Source: Paludibacteraceae bacterium
GTDB lineage: Bacteria; Bacteroidota; Bacteroidia; Bacteroidales; Paludibacteraceae
DNA length: 64,000 bases
Assembly: GCA_045660925.1 (NCBI GenBank)
Contig: JAZREU010000005.1
Span: 2,334-66,333 of the forward strand
Direction of reading: 5' to 3'
Shown here: one piece after another, positions 17,112-26,136 of the stretch
Numbering within the stretch: position 1 is the stretch's first letter
Layout: the number at the start of each line of letters is the position of its first letter
The notes under the pieces: generated by a model
Told to the model about the DNA's origin: nothing
Seen by the model: the letters and a program-made list of their open reading frames with translations, nothing else
Database searches by the model: none
Made by a program: the position numbers and the translations under genes

Positions 17112-20100
17112 ATGGCAATTTATAAAACCGCGATTAAAAACCCCGTAACGACCATGCTGGTGTTCGTTGCGGTAATGATCATAGGTCTGTTCTGCTTTGT
17201 GCAACTGCCTGTTGATCAATTCCCTGAGATGGATCCTCCATACGTAATGGTGATGACCACCTATCCAGGAGCATCTGCCTCGGAGATAGAAACGAATGTC
17301 TCCAAAATCATGGAGAACAGTTTGACTTCGGTGGATAACCTGAAGTATATCAACTCTACCAGCAAGGATAATGTCAGTCTTGTAACACTCGAATTGGAAT
17401 GGGGATCCGATATTACGGAAGCCGTCAACGACGTGCGGTCGTTCTGCGATATGGCAAAGAACAATCTGCCAGATGGTTGCTCTTCTCCAATGGTGTTTAA
17501 GTTCTCCTCAAGCACCATGCCTATCTGCCAATATGCAATCACGGCAGACGAGTCGTATCCTGCGCTCGATAAAATCCTCAACGATGAGGTGATTCCACAA
17601 CTCAACAAGATCAACGGTATCGGTAACCTATCTGTATCAGGTGCACCAGACCGCTATGTGTATGTGGATATCGATCAGCAGAAGTTGGATGCATATGGTA
17701 TCTCCTTGGAGCAAGTAGGTCAAGTGATTTCCGCTAACAACCTCAACCTCTCTTCGGGTACGGTGAAAATGGAGAAGGAGCAATACCAAATGCAGGTGCG
17801 CTCAGAGTTTGTAGAGAGTCGCGAGATCAATGACCTGATGGTGACTATCACTCCACAAGGACAACAAGTCTTCGTGCGCGACATTGCTACAGTACGTGAT
17901 ACCATCAAGGACCTCTCACTCGACGAAAAGACCAACGGTCGTGAGGCAGCGCGTTTGATTGTGGCTAAGCAATCAGGTTCTAACACCGTGCAAGTCTGCG
18001 AGGATGTGCAAGAGGAATTGGCAAAGATTCAAAAGCAATTGCCTACCGACGTGAAGATTCAAGAAATCTACAACTCGGCTGATAATATCCGCAACTCTAT
18101 CAACTCACTCGAAGAGTCAGTGATGTATGCATTATTGTTCGTAGTGCTGGTAGTGTTGTTCTTCCTGGGCAAGTGGCGTGCGACGATTATCATCTCGCTC
18201 ACTATTCCTATCTCCTTGATTGTAGCGTTTATCTACCTGAAGATGGCTGACTCAAGTATCAACATCATCTCGCTCTGTTCGCTGAGTATTGCTATTGGTA
18301 TGGTGGTGGATGATGCGATTGTGGTATTGGAGAATATCACTCGCCACATTGAGCGTGGTGAGAACCCTCGTGAGGCAAGTATCTATGCTACCAACGAGGT
18401 ATGGGTCAGCGTTATTGCTACCACATTAGTTCTCGTAGCAGTATTCGTGCCACTGACCATGATGGATGGTATGGCTGGTATCATGTTTGAGTCATTGGGT
18501 TGGATTGTGACTGTCGTTTGCTGTACATCCACCGTGATAGCTATCACCCTCACCCCAATGCTTTGCTCTAAGCTTTTGCAAGCGCGCAAATTCCACGTGG
18601 AGAATGGTAAACTGATAGACGATAGTGCCAAGAAGACATGGTACGACCGTACCGTAGTAGCATTCCTTGACAAAGTGGATGCTGCCTATGCTAAGTCGCT
18701 CGGCTGGTGTTTACGTCACAAAGCTTTGACAATCATTGCATTGTTCGTCTTCTTTGCTGCTTCTCTGTTACCATTCATCATGGGCAAAGTGGGTACCGAC
18801 TTTATGGCGCAACAAGACAATGCCCGCTTGAGTGTGACAGTGGAATTGCAACGCGGTACACGTATCGAAGAGACTGTCAAGACTGCTCGTCAGTTGGAAG
18901 AGCGTTTCACTATGCTCGTACCTGAGATTCAGATGATTTCTACCTCTGCTGGTTCAAACGATGATGATGGTACAGGTGCTATTTTCTCTACCACCATGAA
19001 TAATACCATCTCTATGACCGTTCGCTTGAACAAGAAATGGGAGCGTGACCGCACTATCTGGCAAATCGCAGAGGTACTCCGCCAAGAGATGGCACAATAT
19101 CCTGAGATTATTGAATATCAAGCAGCTTTGAGTGGTGGTGGTCCTGGTGGTGGTAATACTGTGGATGTAGAAATCTATGGTTATGATTTCGACTTGACCA
19201 ACCAAATGGCACAACGAATCATTGCTCTCACCAAAGAATTGCCAGGTGCACGTGATGTCTTCTCCGACCGCGATGACGACCGTCCTGAGATTAAGATTAT
19301 CGTGGATAAAGAGAAAGCTTCTCGCCACGGATTGACCTCTGCGACTATCTCGTCTTACCTACGTAACCGCGTCAATGGTATGGCTGTAGGTTTCTTGAAG
19401 GAGGATGGTGATGAGTATGATATTTTGGTGCGTCTGAAAGAGGAAAATCGCAACTCTATCTCCGATGTACTTGATTTCTCAATCCCAACACCAATGGGAC
19501 AAAATATCAAACTCTCTGAGATCTGCTCGGTGGACGAGTATTGGGCACCACCAAAAATTGTGCGTAAGTCACGTCAACGTATTGTGACGGTGAAGGTGAC
19601 TCCATACGAGACTTCACTTGGTGAGTTGGCACAAGCAATCAACACACAAGTATTGCCAAAAATCGACAAGCCAGCTGGTTACTCTATCCGTTTGGCAGGT
19701 TCGTATGAGGACCAACAAGAGTCGTTCGGTAAGTTGGGTATGTTGGGTGCATTGATTCTTATCCTTGTATATATCGTGATGGCGAGTCAGTTTGAGTCGT
19801 TCAGCAACCCTGGTATCATCATGTTTACCGTGCCGTTTGCGCTTTCGGGTGTAATCTTGGCGTTGTGGATTACGGGCGTGTCATTGGATATGATTGGCGC
19901 ATTGGGTATTGTCTTACTGGTAGGTATTGTGGTAAAGAACGGTATCGTGCTTGTGGACTATATCAACCTCATGCGCGAACGAGGATACGAACTCAACGAA
20001 GCAATCCAGATGTCTGGTCAGAGCCGTATGCGTCCTGTGTTGATGACAGCGTTTACCACTATCCTCGGTATGGTGCCAATGGCTGTGAGCCAAGGCGAGG

Positions 20101-20297
20101 GTGCCGAGATGTGGCGTCCATTGGGTATCGTGGTTATTGGTGGTTTGACTGTGGCTACCTTCTTGACATTGTATATCGTACCTGTAATCTATGGTGCGAT
20201 GTCGAAGAAAGGCGAGCGCGACAAACTCAAGAAAGTCCGCGAACAATTCATTTTCATGGATATTGAAGTAAAAGACTGCGAAGAAAACCAGAAGTAA
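17112..20297 (+). CDS. RND (AcrB/AcrD/AcrF family) efflux permease
   Basis: 1061 aa with 12-TM topology and two large periplasmic loops. N-terminus MAIYKTAIKNPVTTMLVFVAVMIIG is typical of the family. Confidence 0.92.
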   Translation: MAIYKTAIKNPVTTMLVFVAVMIIGLFCFVQLPVDQFPEMDPPYVMVMTTYPGASASEIETNVSKIMENSLTSVDNLKYINSTSKDNVSLVTLELEWGSDITEAVNDVRSFCDMAKNNLPDGCSSPMVFKFSSSTMPICQYAITADESYPALDKILNDEVIPQLNKINGIGNLSVSGAPDRYVYVDIDQQKLDAYGISLEQVGQVISANNLNLSSGTVKMEKEQYQMQVRSEFVESREINDLMVTITPQGQQVFVRDIATVRDTIKDLSLDEKTNGREAARLIVAKQSGSNTVQVCEDVQEELAKIQKQLPTDVKIQEIYNSADNIRNSINSLEESVMYALLFVVLVVLFFLGKWRATIIISLTIPISLIVAFIYLKMADSSINIISLCSLSIAIGMVVDDAIVVLENITRHIERGENPREASIYATNEVWVSVIATTLVLVAVFVPLTMMDGMAGIMFESLGWIVTVVCCTSTVIAITLTPMLCSKLLQARKFHVENGKLIDDSAKKTWYDRTVVAFLDKVDAAYAKSLGWCLRHKALTIIALFVFFAASLLPFIMGKVGTDFMAQQDNARLSVTVELQRGTRIEETVKTARQLEERFTMLVPEIQMISTSAGSNDDDGTGAIFSTTMNNTISMTVRLNKKWERDRTIWQIAEVLRQEMAQYPEIIEYQAALSGGGPGGGNTVDVEIYGYDFDLTNQMAQRIIALTKELPGARDVFSDRDDDRPEIKIIVDKEKASRHGLTSATISSYLRNRVNGMAVGFLKEDGDEYDILVRLKEENRNSISDVLDFSIPTPMGQNIKLSEICSVDEYWAPPKIVRKSRQRIVTVKVTPYETSLGELAQAINTQVLPKIDKPAGYSIRLAGSYEDQQESFGKLGMLGALILILVYIVMASQFESFSNPGIIMFTVPFALSGVILALWITGVSLDMIGALGIVLLVGIVVKNGIVLVDYINLMRERGYELNEAIQMSGQSRMRPVLMTAFTTILGMVPMAVSQGEGAEMWRPLGIVVIGGLTVATFLTLYIVPVIYGAMSKKGERDKLKKVREQFIFMDIEVKDCEENQK

Positions 20298-20330
20298 GAA
20301 CAAAGAACAAGGAACCAAGAGCCAAGACAA
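20296..20330. repeat. Five degenerate 7-bp units (AAGAACA-like) directly after the RND stop codon
   Basis: Units: aagaaca aagaaca aggaacc aagagcc aagacaa. A partial inverted partner, cttgttccttgctcc, lies at 20374-20388. Confidence 0.75.
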
Positions 20331-20404
20331 ATCGCTAACGACTGATTAGACGATACAAATAAGTCTTTACTCCTTGTTCCTTGCTCCTTAATCCAAAATA
20401 AGTT

Positions 20405-20698
20405 ATGAAATCTATAATGATTATATTCAATCAAGCCAACACTGAGCGTGTGGAGTATATGCTTGATATGTTAGAGATACGCGGTTTTACCTTCTTTGAG
20501 GAAGTACAAGGTCGTGGTAGCAAGAATGGTGAGCCTCGCCGTGGTACTCACGCATGGCCAGAGATGAACTCCTGTGTCATCACCATTGTATCAGATGAGA
20601 AAGCCCCCGTATTGCTCGAAGCCGTAAAGAAACTCGACAAACGCAACGAGGAAGTCGGCGTCCGCGCTTTCATCTGGAATATCGAAGCTACAGTATAA
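20405..20698 (+). CDS. Small P-II-like, transporter-associated protein (97 aa)
   Basis: A conserved-looking small alpha/beta protein directly downstream of the RND pump. It resembles the PG0541-type transporter-associated family from memory; not verifiable here. Confidence 0.6.
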   Translation: MKSIMIIFNQANTERVEYMLDMLEIRGFTFFEEVQGRGSKNGEPRRGTHAWPEMNSCVITIVSDEKAPVLLEAVKKLDKRNEEVGVRAFIWNIEATV

Positions 20699-20722
20699 AA
20701 ACGACACGTAATATACCTATCC

Positions 20723-20746
20723 CCATTTATGTTCCCGCATAAATGG
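20723..20746 (+). terminator. Stem-loop terminator after the efflux operon
   Basis: CCATTTATG, ttcccg, CATAAATGG, followed by cgaTTTGTTTG. Confidence 0.55.
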
Positions 20747-20753
20747 CGATTTG

Positions 20754-20785
20754 TTTGCATAATTCAAAAAAAATCACTACCTTTG
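20754..20785 (+). promoter_or_regulatory. glyQS promoter
   Basis: TTTG (20754-20757), 20 nt, TACCTTTG (20778-20785). Confidence 0.65.
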
Positions 20786-20825
20786 CACCCAAATTGCGTA
20801 ATGGGGTCTTTTCACACCCTTATTA

Positions 20826-20848
20826 CCCCTTAAAACTTTGAAACTTTT
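20826..20848 (+). promoter_or_regulatory. Shared 5'-leader word CCCCTTAAAACTTTGAAACTTTT (partner 59408-59431)
   Basis: Matches the trxB leader at 23 of 24 positions with one T indel. Both lie 15-20 nt upstream of the ATG. Confidence 0.6.
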
Positions 20849-20863
20849 GAAACTTTAATTGAT

Positions 20864-22408
20864 ATGGCAACACAAGAAGAAACCTTCAAGAAACTGGTCG
20901 CACACTGCAAAGAGTACGGCTTCGTTTTCCCAAGCAGCGAGATTTATGACGGTCTCGGCGCAGTTTATGACTACGGTCAAAACGGTGTAGAACTCAAGAA
21001 CAACATCAAGAAATACTGGTGGGACGCGATGACCATGCTCCACGAGAATATCGTGGGTATCGATGCAAGTATCTTCATGCACCCTACTACATGGAAAGCT
21101 TCTGGTCACGTGGATGCATTCAATGACCCACTGATTGATAATAAGGATAGCAAAAAACGCTACCGCGCAGACGTACTCATTGAGGACCAATTGGCTAAAT
21201 ACGACGAGAAAATTGAGAAAGAGGTAGCCAAAGCACGCAAACGCTTTGGCGAGAGCTTTGACGAGGAGATGTTCAAGCAAACCAACGAGCGCGTGAAAGC
21301 CAATGTAGAGAAACGCAACGCGTTGCACGAACGTTTCGCTACCGCGCTGAACGATAGCAACCTCGAAGAACTCAAGCAAATCATCCTCGATGAGGAGATC
21401 GTTTGTCCTATCTCTGGCACTCGCAACTGGACCGACGTACGTCAGTTCAACCTCATGTTCTCTACCGAGATGGGAAGTACAGCAGATGGCGCCATGAAGA
21501 TTTATCTCCGTCCAGAGACCGCACAAGGTATCTTTGTGAACTACTTGAATGTACAAAAGACTGGCCGCATGAAGATTCCTTTTGGTATCGCACAAATCGG
21601 CAAGGCCTTCCGCAATGAGATTGTGGCTCGCCAATTCGTGTTCCGTATGCGCGAGTTCGAACAAATGGAGATGCAGTTCTTCGTTCGTCCAGGTGAGGAG
21701 ATGAAGTGGTTTGAATACTGGAAAGAGTTCCGCCTCAAATGGCACAAAGCCCTCGGCATGGGTGACGAAAACTACCGCTACCATGACCACGATAAGTTGG
21801 CTCACTATGCAAACGCTGCTACCGACATTGAGTTTCAAATGCCATTCGGCTTCAAGGAGGTAGAGGGCATCCACAGCCGTACCGACTTCGACCTCAGCCA
21901 ACATGCACAATACAGCGGTAAGAAAATTGAGTACTTCGACCCTGAGCTTAACAAGAGCTACACTCCATACGTGATTGAGACCAGTATTGGTGTGGATCGT
22001 ATGTTCCTGAGTGTTATGTGCGGTGCGTACAAAGAGGAGGTGCTCGAAGGTGGTGATACCCGCGTAGTTCTCAACCTGCCAGCCGTATTGGCTCCTGTGA
22101 AAGCTTGCGTGATGCCACTCGTAAAGAAAGATGGTCTGCCAGAGAAAGCGCGTGAGATCATGGATATGCTGAAGTATGACTTCCACACCAACTACGATGA
22201 GAAAGACTCTATTGGCAAACGCTATCGCCGTCAAGATGCTATTGGTACACCATTCTGTATCACCGTGGATCACGACACCTTGAACGACAACTGCGTGACT
22301 ATCCGTCATCGAGATACTATGGCGCAGGAGCGCATTAAGATCGAAGACCTCCACGCTATCCTCAGCAAAGCATGCAATATGCGCGAGACATTTAAGAAAC
22401 TAAAGTAA
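20864..22408 (+). CDS. glyQS: Glycine--tRNA ligase (class II, homodimeric type)
   Basis: 514 aa. N-terminus FKKLVAHCKEYGFVFPSSEIYDGLGAVYDYGQNG, with RPETAQG and FRNE motifs. Confidence 0.93.
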   Translation: MATQEETFKKLVAHCKEYGFVFPSSEIYDGLGAVYDYGQNGVELKNNIKKYWWDAMTMLHENIVGIDASIFMHPTTWKASGHVDAFNDPLIDNKDSKKRYRADVLIEDQLAKYDEKIEKEVAKARKRFGESFDEEMFKQTNERVKANVEKRNALHERFATALNDSNLEELKQIILDEEIVCPISGTRNWTDVRQFNLMFSTEMGSTADGAMKIYLRPETAQGIFVNYLNVQKTGRMKIPFGIAQIGKAFRNEIVARQFVFRMREFEQMEMQFFVRPGEEMKWFEYWKEFRLKWHKALGMGDENYRYHDHDKLAHYANAATDIEFQMPFGFKEVEGIHSRTDFDLSQHAQYSGKKIEYFDPELNKSYTPYVIETSIGVDRMFLSVMCGAYKEEVLEGGDTRVVLNLPAVLAPVKACVMPLVKKDGLPEKAREIMDMLKYDFHTNYDEKDSIGKRYRRQDAIGTPFCITVDHDTLNDNCVTIRHRDTMAQERIKIEDLHAILSKACNMRETFKKLK

Positions 22409-22478
22409 AGCCCCCTCCCAACCTCCCCCTCAGAGGGGGGAGGATATTGAAGATTGAATATTAGAGAAAAAATAAAAA

Positions 22479-22501
22479 CTGCCCAACGATATGTTGGGCA
22501 G
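22479..22501. terminator. Bidirectional intrinsic terminator between glyQS and rpsO
   Basis: CTGCCCAAC, gatat, GTTGGGCAG, flanked by an A-run and a T-run. A second GC hairpin is at 22422-22443. Confidence 0.8.
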
Positions 22502-22524
22502 TTTTGTTTTTGTTGAGCAGGTAA

Positions 22525-22794
22525 TTACTTACGGATACCCAACTCTTTGATGATAGCACGATAACGCTCGATGTCTTTTGCCTTCAAGTAGTCCAGCAAA
22601 CGACGACGCTTACCTACCAACATAGTCAAAGCGCGCTCAGTACCGAAGTCCTTGTGATTCTTCTTGAGGTGCTCGGTGAGGTGGTTGATACGGAAAGTGA
22701 ACAGAGCGATTTGGCTCTCTGCAGAACCAGTGTTCTTAGCGTCATTGCCATACTTAGCAAAGAGTTCTGCTTTTTTCTCAGATGTCAAATACAT
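22525..22794 (-). CDS. rpsO: 30S ribosomal protein S15
   Basis: 89 aa. Contains SAESQIALFTFRINHLTEHLKKNHKDFGTERALTMLVGKRRRLLDYL. Confidence 0.95.
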   Translation of the reverse strand: MYLTSEKKAELFAKYGNDAKNTGSAESQIALFTFRINHLTEHLKKNHKDFGTERALTMLVGKRRRLLDYLKAKDIERYRAIIKELGIRK

Positions 22795-22871
22795 GTTGAT
22801 TTGATATTTAATTAGTTAAACAATTATGACCTCGCATGATGCTATGATCCAAACGATGTCACATCTATAGT

Positions 22872-22895
22872 AATTTTGAATTAAGAATTATGAGT
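22872..22895. repeat. 24-bp word AATTTTGAATTAAGAATTATGAGT in the rpsO leader (identical copy 29176-29199)
   Basis: Exact 24-nt identity, same orientation, both in leaders of minus-strand genes. Confidence 0.9.
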
Positions 22896-22922
22896 TCCTA
22901 CTTCGAAATTCTAAATTCGCTG

Positions 22923-22954
22923 CAAAATTACTGCTTTTTTCTGATATACGCAAA
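22923..22954 (-). promoter_or_regulatory. rpsO promoter
   Basis: Reverse strand: TTTG (22954-22951), 20 nt, TAATTTTG (22930-22923). This implies a leader of about 120 nt. Confidence 0.6.
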
Positions 22955-22986
22955 TTTTTGCGCTAAAACTTGTGATTTTATTCCGT

Positions 22987-23889
22987 TTAGCGTTTTATTT
23001 GGAAAGGAAAACTTCCGATTAGTTCGCCATCAACAAAGAAATCTGCGTTATACCAACCTATCTGCAAAATCTCCTCAACCAACCAATAGAGCGAACCCGA
23101 AATCTCTTCTCCAGCATACTCAAAGTCCTTAGCAACAGAATAAGCAATATCTGTATTCTCAAAACGGAAAACATCGTCAGCAGTCTTCTGCATAACCTCT
23201 CCATCAGGGCGCGTGATACGCATATAGAGCGTCTTCATGCCAGGTTTATTGGTCACATTACGACCTACGGTATAATCAAATTGCAATTTTTGAATCTGAT
23301 TATATATAGTAGTCTTTCGGTCGCGTTTGTTGAGAGGAGTCATATGAAAGTAGTTGATTTCCAACATAGAAGCACGCGACACCACTTCTGCCAATTGGGT
23401 ACGCTCTTTTTCCAATTGCTTAGCCTGACGAGCCACCTCTTGGTATTGTTGCTTGACCTGCTGATTCTCTGCCACAAGTTTCTTGTTTGTACGATCAAGG
23501 GAGTCTATCTGTTGCACATAACTTACCATCACCTGACGTACAGTAGCTAACTCCTTCTTGAGTTCAGCAATACGGCGAGCATTGGTCACCTTGGTAATAC
23601 GCAGTTCCTCCAACAAATCTTGTACTCGCTTTTTCTCCTGCGAAAGAAGTTCAACGAGTGAATCATTTTGAATATCTTGTGTTTGATACCCATCAAACTG
23701 GATAGCCAGCTCTTCGTACTCGTCCTCTAACTGTTCCTTCTCGAACTCCATTTGCTCAACAATCTCTTTGATTTCGGTTTTCTGCTGGAAATTTGTCCAT
23801 ATGAGAAAAGCTGACACAGCTACCAAAGCAGCTATCAATGTGATGAAAATCACCTGTTTCGGATCTTTTTTGTTTGTAGTACCAGTCAT
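22987..23889 (-). CDS. Membrane-anchored coiled-coil protein of unknown function
   Basis: One N-terminal TM helix (VIFITLIAALVAVSAFLIW), a long heptad-rich region, and a beta-rich C-terminal domain. The start is taken at the ATG 23889 rather than the TTG 23922. Confidence 0.6.
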   Translation of the reverse strand: MTGTTNKKDPKQVIFITLIAALVAVSAFLIWTNFQQKTEIKEIVEQMEFEKEQLEDEYEELAIQFDGYQTQDIQNDSLVELLSQEKKRVQDLLEELRITKVTNARRIAELKKELATVRQVMVSYVQQIDSLDRTNKKLVAENQQVKQQYQEVARQAKQLEKERTQLAEVVSRASMLEINYFHMTPLNKRDRKTTIYNQIQKLQFDYTVGRNVTNKPGMKTLYMRITRPDGEVMQKTADDVFRFENTDIAYSVAKDFEYAGEEISGSLYWLVEEILQIGWYNADFFVDGELIGSFPFQIKR

Positions 23890-23940
23890 AATCTTTCTTA
23901 TTTTGCCCAATAGGCCAAACAATTATTACTAAATTCTTAA

Positions 23941-25203
23941 TTATAAGACGTCTAATAGTTTCTCCATTTTAGTTGAGCGAGAACCTTTGAGAAGGATATA
24001 TTTTCCTTTCAATGAATTAGCAGCTAAATATTCATGCAATTGTTCTACGTTCTCAAATACAGGATATGGCGAAGTAGTTTGCAGATATTCCTCTCCGACT
24101 AAGAAGACCATATCTGCCTTACGCTCTGCCAGCATATTCACGATATTTTGGTGCTCTAAGTGTACGTACTCGCCGAGTTCACGCATAGCGCCAAGGATAT
24201 ACGTATCGCCTTTGAAGGCATTGATGGCGGCTTGCATAGAGGTTGGGTTGGCATTATATGCATCCACAATTAGCTGGTTGTTAGCCGTTTGCATCGCTTG
24301 TGAACGATTGTTGGTTGGTACATATTGGCGAATGGCCTCTAATGCTTGTTCGCGTGAAATACCAAAATGCTCACCTACACAAAGGGCTGCCGACACATTC
24401 TCTGCATTATATTCTCCCACAAGATGCGTGCCAGATGGCATGGAGCCTGTGGTGTAGGCGACCATACGGCTATTGGACGCCGCATCAGTGGCTATTGGAC
24501 GCCCACTTCGTGGGCTATTGGATATAGGCGATGAGATGAGAGCCTTCTCATGCATGCGCATGAGGAAGGGGTTGTCGGTATTGCGGAAGATGATGCCATT
24601 GTGGGCAACGAGGTAGTCGTAAAGTTCTTGTTTGGTGCGTTGTACGCCCTCGAACGAGCCAAAACCCTCTAAGTGGGCACGACCGACATTAGTGATGAGT
24701 CCGTAGTTGGGCTCGGCGATATCCACCAGTTCCTTGATATCACCTGGATGCGAGGCTCCCATCTCCACGATTGTGAGCTCGTGCGCGCGCGTGATTTGTA
24801 ATAAGGTGAGAGGCACACCTATCTGATTATTGAGGTTACCTTGGGTGTAGTGGAGATTGTACTTGGTAGAGAGGACGGTCGCCAAGAGTTCTTTGGTAGT
24901 TGTCTTTCCATTGGTACCCGTGATACCGATAATAGGCAAGCCCAACTCACGGCGCCAAGCGCGTGCGAGATCTTGCAGAGCAAGTAAAGTATTAGGTACC
25001 AACAATGTACCCTCTGGCAGCGCATATTCGGGGTTGTCAATCACAGCCAAAGCGGCACCTTGTTCAATAGCCTGCTTGGCAAATTTATTGCCATCAAAAC
25101 GCTCGCCATGCAATGCAAAGAACACACAACCTGCTGGCAGATTGCGTGTGTCTGTACTCACGCAAAGTGATTCTTTATCCTTTATCAAAAAATCCCAATT
25201 CAT
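23941..25203 (-). CDS. murF: UDP-N-acetylmuramoyl-tripeptide--D-alanyl-D-alanine ligase
   Basis: Mur ligase P-loop GITGTNGKTTTKE. 420 aa with the typical C-terminus GSRSTKMEKL. Confidence 0.9.
   Translation of the reverse strand: MNWDFLIKDKESLCVSTDTRNLPAGCVFFALHGERFDGNKFAKQAIEQGAALAVIDNPEYALPEGTLLVPNTLLALQDLARAWRRELGLPIIGITGTNGKTTTKELLATVLSTKYNLHYTQGNLNNQIGVPLTLLQITRAHELTIVEMGASHPGDIKELVDIAEPNYGLITNVGRAHLEGFGSFEGVQRTKQELYDYLVAHNGIIFRNTDNPFLMRMHEKALISSPISNSPRSGRPIATDAASNSRMVAYTTGSMPSGTHLVGEYNAENVSAALCVGEHFGISREQALEAIRQYVPTNNRSQAMQTANNQLIVDAYNANPTSMQAAINAFKGDTYILGAMRELGEYVHLEHQNIVNMLAERKADMVFLVGEEYLQTTSPYPVFENVEQLHEYLAANSLKGKYILLKGSRSTKMEKLLDVL
24468..24524. repeat. Tandem 22/23-bp nucleotide repeat inside the murF coding sequence
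   Basis: Units: ggctattggacgccgcatcagt ggctattggacgcccacttcgtg ggctattggata. Translated on the minus strand they give ISNSPRSGRPIATDAASNSR, with successive units read in different frames. Confidence 0.85.
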
Positions 25204-25225
25204 TGCGTTATATCATTTCAAGGTG

Positions 25226-25257
25226 CAAAATTACTCTTTTTTTTCGAAATATACAAA
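25226..25257 (-). promoter_or_regulatory. murF promoter
   Basis: Reverse strand: TTTG (25257-25254), 20 nt, TAATTTTG (25233-25226). Confidence 0.6.
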
Positions 25258-25328
25258 TTTTGGGTAATATAAAATTACGCAAGTTGCATTATGAAAATTG
25301 CGGTGAGAAGATTTTAGACATAACATAA

Positions 25329-25883
25329 TCACAATTCATAATATAATTTTCTACGATGTTTCAAAACAGTATCCAACTTATTTGATTTAAGTTCTTCAAT
25401 AATTTGTGGAACAATTATATCCAAATCCTCAGGTTTTTCTTCCACCCAATCTTCTGGGTATGTCATACAAGTGTCAGCAAAACACTCTAAACGAGGAAGT
25501 AAAAATGCAATTAATTTTTGTTTGTACAAATCATCTAATTCTATAATCTGTTTATTGAAAATAGAATCTATCTCATAGATAACTTCAATCGTTTCTTCTC
25601 CCATAAAAAGTTCTTTTAATTTTGGATAACGCTTGCATACTTCTTTATTGAATATACCTTTTGCAAAATACAGTAAAACTTTATCAATAGGAAATGCATT
25701 CTTCTGCATAAAAGTACACATAGAACTAAATAGTTCTTTTACCTCCGTTTCATCAAATGCAGCCCCATAGCGTTTTCGATTTTTACGACATTGACGGAGT
25801 GCGTTGCGATAGTTCCAGTCATGTTTCATTACCCAACCATAATTCAATGGTCTTGGTCGTGTATTGTGATAGTTTTTTTTCAT
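25329..25883 (-). CDS. Hypothetical protein (184 aa), AT-rich islet
   Basis: ORF with its own promoter (26044-26075). Basic N-terminus, acidic helical remainder, no recognisable motif. Confidence 0.55.
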   Translation of the reverse strand: MKKNYHNTRPRPLNYGWVMKHDWNYRNALRQCRKNRKRYGAAFDETEVKELFSSMCTFMQKNAFPIDKVLLYFAKGIFNKEVCKRYPKLKELFMGEETIEVIYEIDSIFNKQIIELDDLYKQKLIAFLLPRLECFADTCMTYPEDWVEEKPEDLDIIVPQIIEELKSNKLDTVLKHRRKLYYEL

Positions 25884-26043
25884 AGTTGTAGTGATAAAAT
25901 AATTGATTATTTTTCTATTATCAGTTTAACATATATTCGGAAACAAAATATATCAACTTGTTTCTCAATCTTTTTTCTAATGCGTGGTTTGTTTTCTGTT
26001 GTTGCCATAACTTTACGAATTTTAATAGTTTTTAAATCGGCTG

Positions 26044-26075
26044 CAAAGGTATAGTATTGGAACGAGGTGCGCAAA
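26044..26075 (-). promoter_or_regulatory. Promoter for the 184-aa islet gene
   Basis: Reverse strand: TTTG (26075-26072), 20 nt, TACCTTTG (26051-26044). Confidence 0.55.
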
Positions 26076-26136
26076 AAAATAGCCTTGATAAGTTTGATTA
26101 TCAAGACTATCAAAAAAATCAAATTATTTTTATTGA

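Noticed and set aside
20855-22354. 499-aa ORF on the minus strand
   Set aside because: It is exactly antisense to glyQS, which has unmistakable class II synthetase motifs. Its sequence is low-complexity (rich in V/H/L/E) and has no start context. This is a shadow ORF.
25907-26122. 71-aa ORF in the AT-rich islet
   Set aside because: It contains a full promoter (26044-26075) for the downstream 184-aa gene, uses a TTG start, and is isoleucine/lysine-rich as expected from translating AT-rich non-coding DNA.
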